Of a DNA stretch of 64,000 nt, positions 58,391 to 64,000 are shown in pieces (position 1 is the stretch's first letter; the number at the start of each line of letters is the position of its first letter). A program made the position numbers and the translations under genes. Source of the stretch: Myxococcota bacterium (GTDB lineage: Bacteria > Myxococcota_A > Polyangia > Nannocystales > Nannocystaceae); assembly GCA_039028615.1 (NCBI GenBank), contig JBCCHT010000010.1:160001-224000 (forward strand). The letters run 5' to 3'. A model generated the notes under the pieces. The model did not search any database. It saw nothing but the letters and a program-made list of their open reading frames with translations, and had not been told where the DNA came from.

Positions 58391-59065
58391 ATGGCGGTGC
58401 GTCATCGATCCATTGCGTTCGGGCTGACGCTGGCCGCCTGCTCGCCGCCCAGCACCACCCAAGAAGAAGGCAAGGCTGCGCCCCGGGCCGTGGAGCCCAC
58501 CCCGGAGCCAGCTGCGTGTCTCGAGTCGGGAGCCTCCGAGATCTGGACGAGCTTCGAAGGAGGGCGCTGCGGCTTCGAGCTGCGTGAAGACGAAGAGGCG
58601 GGCGGGCTGTTGCTCGACGACCTCTCCGCGGAGGTGCCCGGCTCCCCCGCGGGCGAGGCTCCCGAGGCCTGTCGCGACCGCACCTGCGTGTACGAGGGCA
58701 TCGCCACCGTGGCCGGCCCCCTCGTGCTCGCGGTCGCGCCGTCTTCCGATAGCGGCATGCCTTCGGGTGTGTTCCTCGGCTACGTGGCGGAGGGGCGGCT
58801 CGTGTTCGTGGACCTGTGGGAGGACGCCGGCGATCCCGTGCAGACCGACTACACGCGGGTGGGGCCTGCTCATGCGCTCGCCCCCTTCGTCTGCGAAGAC
58901 AAACTCGCCGTGCTCGCCGTGCCGCGGCTCGAAGCCGCCCGAGGTCTCGAGCCGCCCCAGCGCTTGCAGGCACGCGAAGGTCGACTGGACGCGGCGGGCT
59001 CGAGCACTGCGCTCGCGCCCGAGGCTCGGGCCGGGTGCGAAGCCGTCGCGCTACCGGTTCCCTGA
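58391..59065 (+). CDS. Hypothetical lipoprotein
   Basis: Lipobox LAA-C; several Cys. Confidence 0.75.
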   Translation: MAVRHRSIAFGLTLAACSPPSTTQEEGKAAPRAVEPTPEPAACLESGASEIWTSFEGGRCGFELREDEEAGGLLLDDLSAEVPGSPAGEAPEACRDRTCVYEGIATVAGPLVLAVAPSSDSGMPSGVFLGYVAEGRLVFVDLWEDAGDPVQTDYTRVGPAHALAPFVCEDKLAVLAVPRLEAARGLEPPQRLQAREGRLDAAGSSTALAPEARAGCEAVALPVP

Positions 59066-59080
59066 TACGCTGCCTCCGTC

Positions 59081-59704
59081 GTGCCCGAGTCGACCGATGG
59101 CGAGCTGCTGGCCGGGTGGGCCAACGGTGATCGAGAAGCCGGCGAGCGGTTGGTGGCTCGCCACTTCGAGGCCGTCGTTCGCTTCTTCCACAACAAGATC
59201 GACCGCGATCACGACGACCTGATCCAAAAGACCTTCTTGGGCTGCCTGGAGAGCCGAGCCCGGTATCGTGGCGACGCCAGCTTCCGGGCGTTCCTGTTCG
59301 GGGTCGCGCGCAACGTCTTGGGCAAGCACCTGCGGGGTCGCTACCGCGATCCGGTGCCGCTGGACTTCGCCCACGTGTCCGTGGCCGAGCTCGGCAGCTC
59401 GCCCAGCCAGCTCATCGCCGATGACCAGCGCCAGCAGATGATGCTCACCGCGCTGCGACGGATCCCGCTGGATCACCAGACGGTGCTCGAGCTGCACTAC
59501 TGGGAAGGCATGACCGCCCAAGAGATCGGCCCCATGCTCGGCGTCCCGGTGGGCACGGCCAAGACGAGGCTGCGGCGCGCCAAGCAGCTGTTGTCGGCGG
59601 AGCTGTCCGATCTGGCGGCGGGGGTCAGCGGCGCCGAGCCGACCGAGACGCGGCTGGACACCTGGGCCCGCGGGATTCGGCAGCGACTCGAGCCCTCGGG
59701 CTGA
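59081..59704 (+). CDS. ECF sigma-70 factor (paralogue of 37802-38428)
   Basis: ELLAGWANGD, DDLIQKTF, FRAFLF, ELHYWEG...GTAKTRLRRAK. Confidence 0.92.
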   Translation: MPESTDGELLAGWANGDREAGERLVARHFEAVVRFFHNKIDRDHDDLIQKTFLGCLESRARYRGDASFRAFLFGVARNVLGKHLRGRYRDPVPLDFAHVSVAELGSSPSQLIADDQRQQMMLTALRRIPLDHQTVLELHYWEGMTAQEIGPMLGVPVGTAKTRLRRAKQLLSAELSDLAAGVSGAEPTETRLDTWARGIRQRLEPSG

Positions 59705-59731
59705 GAGCGTGGCGAAGGCCGGCCCGGTCGT

Positions 59732-60160
59732 TCACCGCTCGGCGCGGCGCGCTTGGCAGACGGCACGGACGCGCTCGGCCGGCACCGCGAGCGCCCGCAG
59801 CAAGTAGCGACGAAACTCCTCTTCATAGGGTTGCTCGGCCGCCGCCTTGGTCATGCACGACATCCAGGCGTCGCGCTCCGCCTCCCCGATGGGAAAGCGG
59901 GCGTGGGCATGGGGGATGCGAATCGAGCCATAGCGCGGTTGGTAGCGCTTGGGCCCGCCGAGCCATCCGCACAAGAAGCGGGCGAGCTTGTCCTTGGACA
60001 CGGTGAGGTCGGCCGGGTGCATGCGGCGGATGACCTGCGCCTCCGGGAGCGTGTCCATGTGGGCGTAGAACGCGTCGACGAGAGCAGTGATGCCGTCGAC
60101 GCCGCCGGCCGCGATGAAGGAGGCGTCGCCCTGTCCGTACTTCGGTGTCGCGTCGGTCAT
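59732..60160 (-). CDS. Group II truncated hemoglobin
   Basis: GG..GITALVDAFY, FLCGWLGGPKRY, H.RFPIGEAERDAW. Confidence 0.9.
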   Translation of the reverse strand: MTDATPKYGQGDASFIAAGGVDGITALVDAFYAHMDTLPEAQVIRRMHPADLTVSKDKLARFLCGWLGGPKRYQPRYGSIRIPHAHARFPIGEAERDAWMSCMTKAAAEQPYEEEFRRYLLRALAVPAERVRAVCQARRAER

Positions 60161-60274
60161 GAAGGCCGTGCTCCGCTCGATACCCTACTCGAAACTGGCG
60201 CGCCCGCCGACGAGCGGATCCCGTCGTTCGAGCGTCGATATGTTTGGTCGAGTCGTGACGCTATGACGGTGCCG

Positions 60275-60832
60275 ATGAAGCTTCGTCTGTCGTCCGTCGT
60301 CGTCGCCGTGGTCGCGTGTCTGGGGTGCAGTCCCGCGGTGGGAGCAGGGTCCGCGCCTGCAGCTCCGCCGAGCCCGGCGCTCGAGGCTCCGCCCGAACCC
60401 GAGCCCGAGCCCGAGCCCGCCCCCGAGGTCGCGGCCGTCGGTGGCTTCGACCATGTGGGGCTGACGGTGAGCAATCTCGAGGCGAGCCAGGCGATGTTCG
60501 TCGACGTGCTCGGGTATCAGCTGCGCGGCACCGACCCCAGCTACCCGGCGGCGTTCCTGTCGAACGGTGCGTCCTTCGTGACCCTGTGGCGGGCCGAGGA
60601 TCCAGAGCAGGCGGTCGCCTTCAATCGCCGTCGCAACGTGGGGCTTCATCACATGGCGCTGCAGGTCTCGAGCTTCGAGGCGCTCGAGCAGCTCCACGAG
60701 GCCCTCGTGGCGACCCCGGGCGTGGTCATCGAGTTCCCGCCCGAGCTGGCCTACGGCGGGCCGGCCAAGCACATGATGATTCGCGAGCCGAGCGGCAATC
60801 GAATCGAGCTGATCCACCGACCGCCCCGCTAG
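60275..60832 (+). CDS. VOC/glyoxalase-family protein with lipoprotein signal and Pro/Glu linker
   Basis: Lipobox CLG-C; FDHVGLTVSNLEAS..MFVDVLG, GLHHMAL, EPSGNRIEL. Confidence 0.85.
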   Translation: MKLRLSSVVVAVVACLGCSPAVGAGSAPAAPPSPALEAPPEPEPEPEPAPEVAAVGGFDHVGLTVSNLEASQAMFVDVLGYQLRGTDPSYPAAFLSNGASFVTLWRAEDPEQAVAFNRRRNVGLHHMALQVSSFEALEQLHEALVATPGVVIEFPPELAYGGPAKHMMIREPSGNRIELIHRPPR

Positions 60833-60940
60833 GCGCCGAAAACGAGGCGCTACGGCGCTCTTTTGTGGGATTTTCATTTTTTTCGATCCAGCGCAATCCC
60901 ATCGGCGGGCTCCCGGTACATCAGGCCCGAGTTGATTCTC

Positions 60941-62611
<1,671 letters not shown>

Positions 62612-62620
62612 GGCCCACCC

Positions 62621-63937
62621 TCAGGGCTCGAAGTGGGCGTGCCAGCGGCGGAGCACGTCGACGATGGTGCCGTTCTGCTCGAGGTCGACCGTCATGAGGC
62701 CAAAGGCCAGGATGCTGCCGTCGTCGTAGATGTCGACGGCGGTCGCGAGGTCGTTGTCGAAGATCGGCGCGTCGTTGAGAAAATCGCTGTTGTAGAACTC
62801 GGACCACACCGTCTCGCCATCGGGCGCGAACTTGGCCACCCACGCCTGTCCCAGGTGCTGGTCGCCGGGGCTGCCGAGGCCGGCGACGACGAGGTCGTCG
62901 CAGTGATCGAAGGCCATGCTCCGCGCTCGCCCGAGCCATTCGAAGTCCACCGAACTCAGGTCCCACCGCACGGACCCATCGGCGTTCACCATGTGCAGGT
63001 GGTTCGAGATGTGCGCGCCGTTGGCCATGCGGGTGCTGGAGGCGATGCCCACGTTGCCCTGCGAGTCCGCGGCGAAGCCGGTCACCCGGAGGCGCTCGCC
63101 GCCGGGGTTGGGTAGCTGCGTCGTCCACTGCGGCTCGCCCTCGGCGTCGAATCGGCGGGCGTACACGAAGTGGCCCGAGTTGAAGGCGTTGTAAGCCACG
63201 TGGATGGCGTCGGGAGAGGAGACGCTCAGGTACGTGTACTGGGTGGCGTCGGCGATGCGTCGCCGCCACTGCACGTCGCCGTCGCCAGAGATCCGATATA
63301 GCCACGTCCCGAAGTCGCGTTCGGAGATCTCGTTGCCGGCCACGAGCAGATCGCCGGTGCCATCGCTGGCCACGACGAAGTCTCGATACTGAACGCCGGG
63401 CTCCTGCAGGTCGACGACCCACAGCTGCTCGCCCTGCGGGGAGACTTTGTGGACCCGGACGAAGTCCTCGCTGTTGTCGGGGGTCACGCTGATCGTGCCG
63501 GCGAGCAGCGCATTGCCCTGCGGATCGACGTCGAGCGAGTCGCAGCCCGAGTCGTCGTAGGTCCACTCGGCCAAGCCGTCACCGTCGAGGCGGGAGAGGC
63601 AATCGGCCCCGTCGTAGGTCACGAACAGCGAGTCGCCGTCGCCGGTGGGGTCGATGACCACCGCGTCGACGATCGGCTGGTCGACCATCTTCATGTCCAG
63701 CGGGGCTCCGCGCAGGATGTCGTGCTCGTAGCAGGCGCCCGGCTCCAGGTCGGAGCCCGGGCCGGGAGGGGGCGTGCTCGGGTCGTCGGCCGTGTCGGTG
63801 CCCGAGCCCTCGGAGCCCGAGCCCTCGGAGCCCGCCGAGCCCGAGCCATCCTCGAGCGCCCCGGGTGGGGCCGTTCCACACCCGAGTGCCGCCAGGGACA
63901 CCACGCCTAAATATCGAAGAGTACTAAACCAAGACAT
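62621..63937 (-). CDS. Beta-propeller lipoprotein
   Basis: Lipobox ALG-C; GSEGS repeat linker; repeated xDxxGxxxW blades. Confidence 0.8.
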   Translation of the reverse strand: MSWFSTLRYLGVVSLAALGCGTAPPGALEDGSGSAGSEGSGSEGSGTDTADDPSTPPPGPGSDLEPGACYEHDILRGAPLDMKMVDQPIVDAVVIDPTGDGDSLFVTYDGADCLSRLDGDGLAEWTYDDSGCDSLDVDPQGNALLAGTISVTPDNSEDFVRVHKVSPQGEQLWVVDLQEPGVQYRDFVVASDGTGDLLVAGNEISERDFGTWLYRISGDGDVQWRRRIADATQYTYLSVSSPDAIHVAYNAFNSGHFVYARRFDAEGEPQWTTQLPNPGGERLRVTGFAADSQGNVGIASSTRMANGAHISNHLHMVNADGSVRWDLSSVDFEWLGRARSMAFDHCDDLVVAGLGSPGDQHLGQAWVAKFAPDGETVWSEFYNSDFLNDAPIFDNDLATAVDIYDDGSILAFGLMTVDLEQNGTIVDVLRRWHAHFEP

Positions 63938-64000
63938 ATCTCAGCCTAGCAACCCACCACGGCCGAGGCGACCGACATCCCCGAGCGCAGGCACGCCAAT

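Overview
A GC-rich (~70% by eye), gene-dense chromosomal window. It most likely comes from a myxobacterium, probably Nannocystaceae-like; this is inferred from gene content: three Hanks-type Ser/Thr kinases, four ECF sigma factors, FHA, PP2C, DUF4388 and AgmX/PglI-type domains, and about 13 Cys-rich lipoproteins. About 53 protein-coding genes can be supported, including dnaK, nth, hrpB, cysS, gloB, an RluA-family synthase, two two-component pairs, and TetR/MarR regulators. I found no rRNA, tRNA, CRISPR array, prophage or IS element. The most striking observation is a two-gene unit at 54062-57525: a squalene-epoxidase-like flavoprotein directly downstream of a full-length squalene-hopene-cyclase homologue. 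That homologue has lost the catalytic DXDD motif (DVQS) and most cation-stabilising aromatic residues, so it is a candidate pseudo-cyclase or repurposed triterpenoid-binding protein. Other signals worth checking: a kinase-PEGA / TPR / binding-lipoprotein trans-envelope module; a FecR-like anti-sigma factor with an internal RBS+ATG; many -10 boxes sitting 5-10 nt before start codons (leaderless or short-leader mRNAs); a shared ACCG-N6-CGGT palindrome in three intergenic regions; and one frameshifted gene. All calls are by-eye motif recognition, and no database searches were run.
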